Positions 30,001 to 45,000 of a DNA stretch of 64,000 nt are shown one piece after another. The notes under the pieces are model-generated. The model was not told where the DNA came from, searched no databases, and saw nothing but the letters and a program-made list of their open reading frames with translations. Source of the stretch: Eledone cirrhosa (lineage: Eukaryota). The stretch lies in contig OZ024746.1 of assembly GCA_964016885.1 (NCBI GenBank), forward strand, positions 95,852,001-95,916,000, in the 5' to 3' direction. Numbering within the stretch: the first letter of the stretch is position 1; every line of letters starts with the position of its first letter. The position numbers and the translations under genes were made by a program.

Positions 30001-33000
30001 CTACTATATATTATCAACAGTATATCCTCTAACTGAAAGATCTATAGCAATATCTCAAGCAATTTTGAGTAAATATCCCGATATGAGTGCTACACCTGTA
30101 GATAAATCGTATGATTACATCACTGTACGACATTCTTATATGGATGACTTAACAACATCATCATATGGTTATTATAAGCCAATGAAATATTCATATACTA
30201 GTTACAGACAAACACTTGATGATTTTTACACAAGGTATTATTCACAACCACAATTGAAGGCTACAGTAACAGCAATAAGCAGCAGTCCAGTTGACAGATC
30301 AACTAGCTATATAACTACAAAAGATTTACATAAGATATATAGCATTTCAAAATTACCAGATAAAATAGCCAGTGGCTATTCACTCTTTAGTGATATGCTC
30401 AGTGAAACATCAAGGGATTATACCATGGGTGTTAAACATACAAAAGAGGACTTATCAACAGATTTGTCTGGCATTACATTATCTTATCTTCACAGTTATA
30501 TAACAGATGTATCACGTGATCAACTATCTATTAAATACTTTGATTTTAAGGACACAAGCAGACAGACATCTCCAGATTTCTTCCTTATGTCATATCCATA
30601 CCTGAAAAGCATTAAACCTGATTTAACAAAACATGTTCATATCAGCAGTTTAGAAGAAGCTATTACAACTGATAAAATAATGACAAGATATTCCCCCCTG
30701 GAGAGGACAACCACCACAGAGGGAGTATTAAAACATACAAATATTTCATATGTTGTTGTTACAACCAGCGAGATATATTCTTATCCTTCAACTACAAAAT
30801 ATTTATACTTTATTGAGTCACAAATATTAATCCATACTCAACCTATAAATGAATCATTTTACACTGACGAATCAAGAGATATAATTTACTATAAGCCTAC
30901 AATCTATTCATATCTCAATGAAACAGCAGTTATATCAAGTCCTACATCTATACTCTCTTCATTATTAATTGTATCTACTTTTATGCCAAGTAAGGATTCA
31001 TATTACAGTGGAATCACATGGGAGATATCATCCATTTATTCAGCTGATCATTTTTTATTCCCTAATGATAGTACAACGAGAGGATTATCTTCAAAAGATT
31101 TATATTATAACGATACCAAAGAGTTATCCTATTTCACATATATATTTCCTTCATATAGCAGTGATGTAACAGAAAAGATGCCATCCAGTTCTCTGCTTGT
31201 AGAGTTTCTAACAACAGAATTATCATTGTATTTAAGGAAAAACCATACATCAAAGAGTATAACTAGGATCCATGATACAAAATACATATATATTATAGAT
31301 TCAACAACAATTATATATGTTTATATATCCTCAAAATACATAGATGATATTAACATAACAGAGATAGTTTATCACTCTCAACCAAAATACCATCATGAAT
31401 CAGTGACAATATCTCATTTCACACCAACAAATTATTCATACCATAATGATACAAGACTAGTAACATTGCCCAGTTATAGAACTAAAAAGGATTTGTATCT
31501 TGATGTGTCAACAAAAATACAATATTTTCAATATACAAAATATGAATATTATAATATAACACCAGAGATATTTTACTATGTAATATCAACATATCCATAT
31601 GATAGGAAAGTGTCCACAGAAATCTCTCCTTACATACCTCTAGACTATTTTAACATTAGTGACATTTCAGTGACTTTTTATGACATACCAACAGATGCGT
31701 GGTACCTTAGTGACACAGTTACAGCCATAGTACCTTATTATATATCTACTAGTGTTCTAAGTGACATAATATCCAAGGAAATAATTTACTATTTATCCAC
31801 ACAATACCAACATCTAAAGAAAAAAACAGAAATATTATTTTATCGCCCTTCCAAAAGTTATGTAGATTCAACAATTGAAAAACTTCCTGACTCTCCGCAT
31901 TCTATTACAACTCTATCATTTTCAAAATATCTGGAAAGTAACATTTCAAAACAAATACAATATGGTTACATATCTACAAAGGATCTATATTTTAGTACTG
32001 TTGCAATGGACATATCTTCTGATAGCATCCCAACAAAATATTCTCAATACCCAAGTAAACAAATGAAGCATCCATCGATATTAACAACCCAATACCCAGC
32101 CTTTACTACTAGATTTATAGAAGATACTATTATCTTTAGTAATGCATCTAAAGATTATGCATATGTCAGTGATAAAATGCTAACTACATCATCACAGTAC
32201 CTTCTCATATCTGACAGACATGTGGATACAATAAGTGAAATATCTGATGAAACTAGTAACTATTCTTATATCAGTAAGACTCTATTTCCAAATATCACAA
32301 CTTACATATTTAATGATACAATAGTAAATAAATCTTTACCTTCAACAACCAGTCTCTTACAGACGAACATTTCACAGTTTTACATTTCCCAACAAAAATC
32401 AACATTTTTTCATGAGATTTCTACAATTAAAGATATACTAACAACAATCTTTAGCTACATAACATATTCATCTTCTACTACTGTTGCTAAATATGTTTCT
32501 TTAGATGATAAACCCACAGATATGTTGTCTTCTTATGCTCATACAAATTACTCACATCCTTATGAAATAACAACATATATAGCAATAGAATATCTGAGCC
32601 CGGATTACTCAACAAAAATATTATTTGATAATCTCACTGAAAGATATTCTCATTATAACAGATCAATGAAAATAGTTACTGATTCTATTCTAAGTCAATC
32701 TTATCCCACTAGTATAGTTGCACAACTATCTACTGATTACTTTCTAATGAAATATTTACAAACTCGTGAAATAACTACAGTGATATGTCCTGATTATCTA
32801 ACAGCAAATTACTCTGAATTCCATAGAATAAAAACAGATTTTTCGTCAGTTTCTTCTTCTACAAAATATTTATCATATCATACAAACTTTTCCACAATAA
32901 TACCATCTAGTATTATTACAAGCATGCCTCATCATACAACATTTATATCATATATACCATATAATTTTACTATAACAGACTATTCAGTGACTTCATATCA

Positions 33001-36000
33001 ATTTTTTGATCATATCACATTTAACCATTCAACTCATAGTGAAATAGCTTTATATACAACATTGAATTTCACTACAGCAGACTATCCTTATCTCAACAGA
33101 ACATCCACTTATATTTATTCAACTGACTATACCACTACTTCCTTGCATGCATATTACTCATATTTTAGCCAAGATTCAACAGAGTTATCACTTGATTACA
33201 CTTCACTGAATGGCTCACTTCTTAGAGGAATATATTTAGATATATCCACAGTCTATTCCACATTAAACTACACAGATATTACCACATCAGAAGATATATC
33301 CCCAGTTTACTGTACATTAAACTACTCCTATATTACTGATATATCAAAAGATATATCCCCAGTCTATTCTACATTAAACTACACAGATATTACTACATCA
33401 GAAGATATATCCCCAGTCTATTCTACATTAAACTATACATATATTACTGATATATCAAAAGATATTTCCCCAGTCTATTCTACATTAAACTACACAGATA
33501 TTACTGATATACCAAAAGATATATCCCCAGTCTATTCTACATTAAACTACACAGATATTACTGATATACCAAAAGTTTACTCTACATTAAAATACTCCTA
33601 TAGTACTACACCAAAAGCTATATCCACAGTCTATTCTACATTAAACTACACAGATATTACTGATATACCAAAAGAGATATCAAGCTATGTTTCAGATCAA
33701 TACTTTGCACACAAACAATTCACAACAGAAGTATATTTTGATGACATCTCAAGTAATTATTCTAAATATTTGCACTTTGTTGCTATGCCTACAGAACATG
33801 AAAGCTCTTACATTGGAACAAACTATTCCCAAGTTAGTACATCAACTGGTATCATGTTTACAACTAGTTATCTACACCCCATAGATACAACCAGAAATAA
33901 ATCATTAGACTACATTCTTAAAGAATATACAGACTACCCATTAACAACTAGAGAAATTAGTTCTTTTATTAGTCACAAAATTAATGAAACAGCTTCTGTT
34001 AGTGACTTCCTTCTTAGTACAAAAACAGACACTTCTTCAGATCATTCACTTCTTGATCCAAAATTAGATGATACAGATTTTACTGAACCATCAACAAGAA
34101 TTCTACACACTGATGTTGTATCAACAATGATATTGGTTAGTTATGTCTCTCCAATTATTTATGATAATATCTCAGTGGAATATTTGAGGGCTTCATCTGA
34201 ATTTAGTTCAATAACAACTCTGAGTATAATGACAACTGATCCACAAAAAGAAATAACAGATTTTTATTTAAGCACAGACACTTTTCTCTCTAAAGATCAA
34301 ATAATTGACACTACTCTATTTAAAGTTAATATAAGTGACAAGTCAGTATATACACAAACCCAAAGTATATTAATACAGCTAACTACACAAAGAACCTCAT
34401 CACAAGTATCTCAGATAATATTTACTGATATAATAGGAGCAACTAGTGAAATATCCTATAACTATAGCTTATCTAATATATCACATGAGAAGTATGAAGA
34501 TAAATTCATAGGGTATACTCATGTACATGTTGATGATGCTTTATCAAAAACTGCATCAGACAGTAAACCATTTGTCTTGTTAAACGGAACAGTGATGTAT
34601 ATATTGCCAGATTGGACATATTTGATGACAATGACGGATATATCACCCCTGGGGACATATTTGATGACAATGACGGATATATCACCCCAGGGGACATATT
34701 TGATGACAATGACGGATATATCACCCCAGGGGACATATTTGACGACAGTGACAGATATATCACCCCAGGGGACATATTACTCTACAGTGACAGATATATC
34801 ATCCCAGGGGACATATTCCTCTACAGTGACAGATATATCACCCCAGGGGACATATTACTCTACAGTGACAGATATATCACCCCAGGGGACATATTCCTCT
34901 ACAGTGACAGATATATCACCCCAGGGGACATATTACTCTACAGTGACAGATACATCACCCCAGGGGACATATTATTCTACAGTGACAGATACATCACCCC
35001 AGGGGACATATTACTCTACAGAGACAGATACATCACCCCAGGGGACATATTTGACTACAGATATATCACCCCAGGGGACATATTCCTCTACAGAGACAGA
35101 TACATCACCCCAGAGGACATATTACTCTACAGTGATGGATATATCACCCCAGGGGACATATGTGACTACAGTGACAGATACATCATCCCAGAGGACATAT
35201 TCCTCTACAGTGACAGATACATCACCCCAGGGGACATATTCCTCTACAGTGACAGATATATCACCCCAGGGGACATATTACTCTACAGTGACAGATACAT
35301 CACCCCAGGGGACATATTATTCTACAGTGACAGATACATCACCCCAGGGGACATATTACTCTACAGAGACAGATACATCACCCCAGGGGACATATTTGAC
35401 TACAGATATATCACCCCAGGGGACATATTCCTCTACAAAGACAGATACATCACCCCAGAGGACATATTACTCTACAGTGATGGATATATCACCCCAGGGG
35501 ACATATGTGACTACAGTGACAGATACATCACCCCAGAGGACATATTCCTCTACAGTGACAGATACATCACCCCAGGGGACATATTTGACTACAGTGACAG
35601 ATAGAATATTGACTACAGTATATCGGTCAGTATTAAAGACATCATTAGCAATTATTCCACAAACAGATAAAACACCTTCCAATTGGTCAGTTGATATAAC
35701 AATTCATCATACATCAACTAAGATAGCCTCTGTTAGTTCTCAACAAATTATGCAAGATAAGAAAACAATACCGCATTTAATTACTGTGAAAGTACCTTTA
35801 AAAAAGACAAATTACACCCTGCCCAAACATGTTTCTAGCACTGCCACTTTTCATGTAAGTTTGTTAGATATACTATATCGAATATCAACTGAAAATATTA
35901 GTAGTAGTAAGATGACAGATGATTCATTAATTGATAGGAGTGGGAAAAGCTACTTACAAACAGTAATAATAGAAAAATCAACAGCTATTATTTTATCTGA

Positions 36001-39000
36001 GATTAAATCTGACAGGGGTGTATTTATACAAAATATATCAACAATCAAGCCAGGAATTTATGATATAAACATGGAAAGACAAACTAAAAGTAAAACATTA
36101 ACATTCAACTCAACTTTAGCTGAAAAGACTAGACATATTCCGAATATATCAAGTAGTACAGAACCTTGGCAAAAGTTGCTCCCTCTATTAACAACTTTTC
36201 AGTTGGGAGAGAAAAATATTTCTGATTTGGTAGTTAAAGCATCCACAGTCTTTTTAGTGGCTACAGTTAGTAAAGAACCAACTAGTACTGATTTTACCAG
36301 GATTGATAGGTTTTACACCAATTACAGTGAAACTGGTGACAAATCTACATCGATAAAGGATATATTTACTCCAGACATAAAGAAAGGAGAAAGGAAATTG
36401 ATATCAGTTTCCAATGTTTCAATTGATATAGGACTTACAAAAGATCCTTTAGAAAGTCATAAAACATTTATTAGCATTTCAGATGTTTGTGATAGTTCAT
36501 CTGTTACTGGGATATTACATTTAAGTCAATGGAAAACCACAATACATCCAGAAGATGTAAATATTTCATTAATTTATAAACCTGATAAGAATTTCACTCA
36601 AGAACATAGAACATCAATTGGCATATATGAGCAAGAGAAAGACAAAGAAGTATCTTTTAATAAGACAGCAATGCTACATTTTAAAAATCTTACAGCTGTA
36701 GCCAGTGTAATTATACAATCACAGACCAGTTATCAATATCGATCTCCAATAACTACAACTGTAAAACTGGTAGCAACAGTTACTTCAATATACCAAACTT
36801 TAACATTACCACACTATCAGCCAAATATATCCTCAAGTCCGACATTGAAACCTTCAAGTGATCTGTATGACAGTTCCTTTCCCCTTAACCTCACCACTGA
36901 TAGATTATTGACAGGAGATATTGAAGCAATGACAAGTTTATCAATAGATTCTACAGAATCATCTTCTTTCAAGGCTTTAGACAGAATATTACCAGGATAT
37001 AAAAAACTACTTAATACCAGCCTTATACAAGTAACAAAATATATTTCATTTGCTCAAACAGCTACATATGACTCTAGAATATCTTATCAAATTGATAGAA
37101 AAATATTAAAAATCATAACCCCAACATATTCCCTCCAAAATATATCAACTTCAACAGTCAAATCATATAGATACAGGCATGATTATCACACTGCATCTGA
37201 AGAAGTACTTAGTTCTGAGCCATACACCCTTCAGCAGACATCAAAAGATGTTTATAGTGATGTGTTTATAATATTTACATCAAAAATAAAGCCTCATAGC
37301 CATAGTGAATATGATCTACTTCTAACAGACAAGACTCTTTTGCCTTTTAGATCAGTTCTATATTTTAATCTGTCATCTTCAAGTAAGCAATCTGAAAATG
37401 TCACAATTCCACATCATATGGTTGCTATTTCAAAACATGAAGCAATTATTACTGAAACAAGACAAACAAATATAACTACAACATCGGGAATATTTCAAAC
37501 AGAGATTGAATTAACTACTGAAATATCCGAACAAAATATCACTATAACATACATCACAGCAACATTAAAAAATTTCAGTTACGTATATATATCACTGGTT
37601 AAGACAGATCTTGAGATACCCATTACAAGCATTTCTTTATATGATACAACCATATTTATTTTACCATTATCAACTTCATTGTCACCAGTCTTTATAAATG
37701 TATCAGCAGTAAATATCACAGTATCTATTCTACATACATCTATTTCTCCATCAGAAGCTAGAGTATCTATTATGACCACTTCTCTCTCAGCACTAAATAT
37801 ATCATTAACTTTCCTACATACATCTGCATCCACAATAGCCACATCAGTATCATATATATACAAACAACTGTCTACTCCACAGATGTCCATAGATATTCAA
37901 GATACATACACATCAGTCTATAGATTAGATGCATCAAAACCATTTATACATACATCACTGTACCCATTAAATGTAACAGCATCAATCATACATACACCCC
38001 TGTACCCATTAAATACAACAGCAATAATCTTTCATACATCCCTTTACCCATTAAATGTAACAGCAGCAGTCATGTATTCATCATTCGGTCCATTAAATTT
38101 AACAGAAATAGTCTTGCAGACATCCCTATACCAATTAAATTTGACAACACCACTCACACATACATCACAGTACCCATTAAATGTAACTGCACCAATACAT
38201 ATATCAGACTACCAATTAAATGTAACTGCACCAATTCGTACATCACACTACCCATTAAATACAACAGCATCAGTCATACATACATCCATGTACCCATTAA
38301 ATACAACAGCATCAGCCATCCATCCATCCATGTACCCATTAAATACAACAGCACCAGCCATACATACATCCATGTACCCATTAAATACAACAGCATCAGC
38401 CATACATACATCCATTTACCCATTAAATACAACAACATCAGCCATACATACATCCATGTACCCATTAAATACAACAGCATCAGTCATATATACATCCATG
38501 CACCAATTAAATACAACAGCATCAGTCATACATCCATCCATATACCCATTAAATAAAACAATGCCAGCCATACATTCATCCATGTACCCATTAAATACAA
38601 CATCACCAGCCATACATACATCCATGTACCCATTAAATACAACAACATCAGTCATACATACATCCATATACCCATTAAATACAACAGCATCAGTCATACA
38701 TACAACCATATACCCATTAAATACAACAGCACCAGCTATATATACATCCATGTACCCATTAAATACAACAGCATCAGTCATACATCCATCCATGTACCCA
38801 TTAAATACAACAACAACAGTCATACATACATCCATGTATCCATTAAATACAACAGCACCAGCCATACATACATCCATGTACCAATTAAATACAACAGCAT
38901 CAGTCATACATACATCCATGTGCCCATTAAATACAACAACATCAGCATTACATACATCCACGTACCCATTAAATACAACAGCATCAGTCATACATACATC

Positions 39001-42000
39001 CATGTACCAATTAAATACAACAACATCAGCATTACATACATCCACGTACCCATTAAATACAACAGCATCAGTCATATATACATCCATGCACCAATTAAAT
39101 ACAACAGCATCAGTCATACATCCATCCATATACCCATTAAATAAAACAATGCCAGCCATACATTCATCCATGTACCCATTAAATACAACATCACCAGCCA
39201 TACATACATCCATGTACCCATTACATACAACAGCATCAGCTATATATACATCGATGTACCCATTAAATACAACAGCATCAAACATATATACATCCATGTA
39301 CCCATTAAATAGAACAGTATCAGCCATACATACATCCACGTACCCATTAAATACAACAGCATCAGTCATACATCCATCCATGTACCCATTAAATACAACA
39401 TCATCAGCCATACATACATCCATGTACCCATTAAATACAACAGCATCAGCCATACATCCATCCATGTACCCATTAAATACAACAGCATTAGTCATACATA
39501 CATCCATGTACCCATTAAATACAACAGCATTAGCCATACATACATCCACGTACCCATTAAATACAACAGCACCAGTCATACATACATCCACGTACCCATT
39601 AAATACAACAGCACCAGTCATACATACATCCACGTACCCATTAAATACAACATCATCAGTCATACATACATCCATGCACCCATTAAATACAACAGCAATA
39701 GTTCTGCATACATCGATATACCTATTAACTGTAACAGCCCCAATCATGCATATATCAATATATGCATTAAATGTAACAGCTGTAAATATATATACATCAA
39801 CATACCCATTATATATGTCAACATTATACACACCTGCAGCAGTAGATATATATACATCAACATACCCATCACATATGTCAACATTATACACACCTGCAGC
39901 TGTAGATATATACACATCAACATACCCATCACATATGTCAACATTATACACCCCTGCAGCAGTAGATATATATACATCAACATACACATCACATATGCCA
40001 ACATTATACACACCTGCAGCTGTAGATATGTATACATCAACATACACATCACATATGTCAACATTATACACCCCTGCAGCAGTAGATATAAATATGACAA
40101 TGTTAGACACAAACACAACAATGTATCTATCAACTATGTCAACAGCAGATATGTCAACAGCAGATATGTCAACAGCAGATATGTCAACAACAGATATGTC
40201 AACAGCAGATATGTCAACAACAGATATGTCAACAACAGATATGTCAACAACAGATATGTCAACACCAGATATGTCAACAACAGATATGTCAACAACAAAT
40301 ATGTCAGCAGCAGATATGTCAACACCAGATATGTCAACAATAGATATGTCAACAACCGATATGTCAACAACAGGTATGTCAACAACAGATATGTCAACAA
40401 CAGATATGTCAACAACAGATCTGTCAACAACAGATATGTCAACAACAGATATGTCAACAAAAGATACGTCAACACCAGATATGTCAACAACAGATATGTC
40501 AACAGCAGATATGTCAACACCAGATGTGTCAACAACAGATATGTCAACAACAAATATGTCAACACCAGATATGTCAACACCAGATATGTCAACAACAGAT
40601 ATGTCAACAACAAATATGTCAACACCAGATATGTCAACAGCAGATATGTCAACACCAGATATGTCAACAACAGATATGTCAACGACAGATATATCAACGA
40701 CAAATATGTTAACAGATATGTCAACAACAGATTTGTCAACAACAGATATGTCAACACCAGATATGTCAACACCAGATATGTCAACAACAGATATGTCAAC
40801 AACAGATATGTCAACAACAGATATGTCAACAACAGATTTGTCAACAACAGATATGTCAACAACAGATATGTCAACAACAGATATGTCAACAACAAATATG
40901 TCAACAGCAAATATGTCAACAACAGGTATGTCAACAACAAATATGTCAACACCAGATACGCCAACAACAGATACGTCAACAACAGATATGTCAAAACCAG
41001 GCATGTCAACAACAGATATGTCAACAACAGATATGTCAACAACAGATATGTCAACAACAAATATGTCAACAACAGATATGTCAACATCAGATATGTCAAC
41101 ACCAGGCATGTCAACAACAGATTTGTCAACAACAGATATGTCAACAACAGATATGTCAACAACAGATATGTCAACAACAAATATGCCAACAGCAGATATG
41201 TCAACAACAGGTATGTCAACAACAAATATGTCAACACCAGATACGCCAACAACAGATACGTCAACAACAGATATGTCAAAACCAGGCATGTCAACAACAG
41301 ATATGTCAACAACAGATATGTCAACAACAGATATGTCAACAACAAATATGTCAACAACAGATATGCCAACATCAGATATGTCAACACCAGGCATGTCAAC
41401 AACAGATATGTCAACACCAGATATATCAACACCAGATATGTCAACACCAGATATGTCAACACCAGGCATGTTAACAACAGATATGTCTACAACAAATATG
41501 TCAACAGCAAATATGTCAACAACAGATATGTCAACATCAGATATGTCAACACCAGGCATGTCAACAACAGATATGTCAACACCAGATATATCAACACCAG
41601 ATATGTTAACACCAGATATATCAACACCAGATATGTCAACAACAGATATGTCAACACCAGGCATGTTAACAACAGATATGTCTACAACAAATATGTCAAC
41701 ACCAGATATACCTACATCAATGTACCCTACAGATATGTCAACACCAGATATACCTACATCTATGTACCCTACAAATATGTCAACACCAGATATACCTACA
41801 TCTATGTACCCTACAAATATGTCAACACCAGATATATTTACACCAATGTACCCTACAAATATATCAACAGATATACCTACACCAATGTACCCTACAGATA
41901 TGTCAACACCAGATATACCTACATCTATGTACCCTACAAATATGTCAACACCAGATATACCTACATCTATGTACCCTACAAATATGTCAACACCAGATAT

Positions 42001-45000
42001 ACCTACATCAATGTACCCTACAAATATGTCAACACCAGATATACCTACACCAATGTACCCTACAAATATATCAACAGATATACCTACACCAATGTACCCT
42101 ACAAATATATCAACAGATATACCTACAGCAATGTACCCTACAAATATGTCAACATCAGATATACCTACACCAATGTACCCTACAGATATACCTACAGCAA
42201 TGTACCCTAGAAATATGTCAACACCAGATATACCTACACCAATGTACCCTAGAAATATATCAATATCACATATACCTACACCAATGTACCCTACACATAT
42301 ATCAACATTAGATATACCTACACCAATGTACCCAGTAAATATATCAACAACAGATATACCTACATCAATGTACCCTACAAGTGTCTCAACATCAGATATA
42401 CCTATATTAATGTACCCAGTAAATATGTCAACATCAGATGTACCTACATTAATGTACCCCTCAAATATATCAACAGATATACCTACATCAATGTACCCTA
42501 CTAATATGTCAACAACAGATATACCTACATTAATGTACCCTACAGATATGTCAACATCAGATATAACTACTTCAATGTACCCTACAAATATATCAACAAC
42601 AGACATAGATATCTCAATGTACCCATTAAGAGTATCAACATCATTTGATGTATCATCACTTACTGAAATACTTCCTCTTTATACAACTATATCCCCACTG
42701 GATATGACCATATCTCATCCCCATGCCTCAATATCTATATCAAATATATCGGTATTCCCTCCACTTACAACAGTATATCCACTGAGCATATCAGTATCTC
42801 ATTTATATACCTCGATATCCATAATGGATATGTTAGTATCCCATCCATACACCTCAATATCCTCCTTAGATTTATCTCTAGCACAACCAAATACAACAAT
42901 ATCATCATTACATGCATCATTATTCTATACTAAAGCACCAAAGCCTCCATTTGATAAACCAATATCCTATCAGTTTACAGCAACGTCACCCTTAAGTATA
43001 TCTAAGCCACATACAGTATCCACGCCACATGCTTCATCAATCTCAATAAATATATCTATATCCCCTTTACATACATCAATATCTCCATTGGATATATCAG
43101 TATCATCTTCTCAAACATTGATATCTCTATTGGATACAGCAGTATCATTTTTATCTACATCCATATTCCCAATAAAGTATTCAGTATCACTTTCCGACAC
43201 ATCTCCGTCTCCTTCAGATATGTCCATCTCATCTACATCTGTATCTTATCTGGATGTATCAGAATCCCTCTCAGAGATATCAGTATTGCCACTGAATATA
43301 TCCCTACCACATACATCCATGTTTCCACTAGACATATCAGTATCAATATCACCATTAGATATCATTGTGTCTCAACAACAAATACCAGAATCACTTTCTG
43401 ATATGTCACTGTCACCATTCGGTATATCTTTTCCCCAAACATCTATTTCACCATTAGACATATCAGTACCTTTTCCCTATACCCATGACTCCCTATTTCA
43501 TAAATCAATGCTCTATTCTCATTCCCAAATATTTACAAGGGATACATCAATATCCCTTGTAAACACATCAGTAATTCCATTGAATGTAACAGGGTCTTAT
43601 CCACATATATTAATGCATTCATTGACTATATCAGTACCTCTCTCACATACACCAGAATCTGTTGTAGATACATCTGTATCCCCTCTATATATATCACTAT
43701 CACCAACAGATATATCATTATACTCATCACCAACATCAATTTATCCAAGGGATGTCTCACTATATTCTTCACATACACCAATTTATCCAAGGGATGTCTC
43801 ATTATATTCTTCACAAACATCAATTTATCCAAGGGATATCTCATTATATTCTTCACATACACCAATTTATCCAAGGGATATATCATTATATTCTTCATAT
43901 ACACCAATTTATCCAATGGATATATCATTATACTCATCATATACACCTATTTATCCAAAAGATATTTCATTATACTCATCATATACACCTATTTATCCAA
44001 GGGATATATCAATGTATTCTTCCCCTATATCAATATTCTCATCAGATACGTCCTACTCCATTCTACAGACATCACCATCTACACTGGGTGCACCAGTGTC
44101 ACTTCAACATATACCAATGTCTACACATGATATGCCAGTAACATTTTCATACAGTTCACCATTCCCACATTCACTGGATGCCCCATTATCAGTTCCATAC
44201 ACAGTGTTATACTCACTAACTATGTCAACGTTATCTAAGATTCCATTAAATGTATCAATATCTTTTACAAACACATCTCAATTCTCCCTTTATATTTCCA
44301 CATCCCTTCCATCTTCAACCATATTTTTCCATCAATTATCATTATTTCATGTGGAAACAAACATAAGTTACCAGCCTACATCCTTTTCTCCTCAGAAAAT
44401 GTCAGACATATTTTCACATAAGGAAATGTTTTCCCAGAATAGGACTGTATCTCCTTTGTCTATATCTACCCAATCTAAATCAAGTGACTATTTATCAGTT
44501 CCTATAGTAAGTACTTATATTTCCATAGTAAAAGAAAGATATATAAGTTCAACAAAATATCCAGAAACAAAACTAATAGAAAAAACACATCGGAAATATA
44601 AAACTCCTATTTCTACAGCTTATATTATTTTTTCTAAGTATTTGACCAGTGATCTTAACAAAACAGATAAATTTGACAAAATGGCGACCTCTAGTTATTA
44701 TATTGGGACAAGAATAAAACAGGAATTAAATCAAACAAAATATTTTTCTACCATAACATATCAAAATGGAACATTATTTCACGAAACATCTTCAGTTTTA
44801 CTCAGAGCATTGAATGGCAGTACATTAACAGTATGGATTAAAGATGTGGATACATATCAGCAAATATCACGAAAACCCACTATAAAGGCTACAGTTCCAT
44901 TTAAAACAAGAACTGACAGTATTTCACAACCTTTACAGCAAATATCAAGACAACCCCATACAAAGACTATAGTTGCATTTAAAACAAGGGTTGATAGTAT

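Noticed and set aside
34612-35604. 330-aa alternative-frame ORF (YSDRYITPGDIFL)n
   Set aside because: Confined to the 39-bp array; a by-product of a unit lacking stops.
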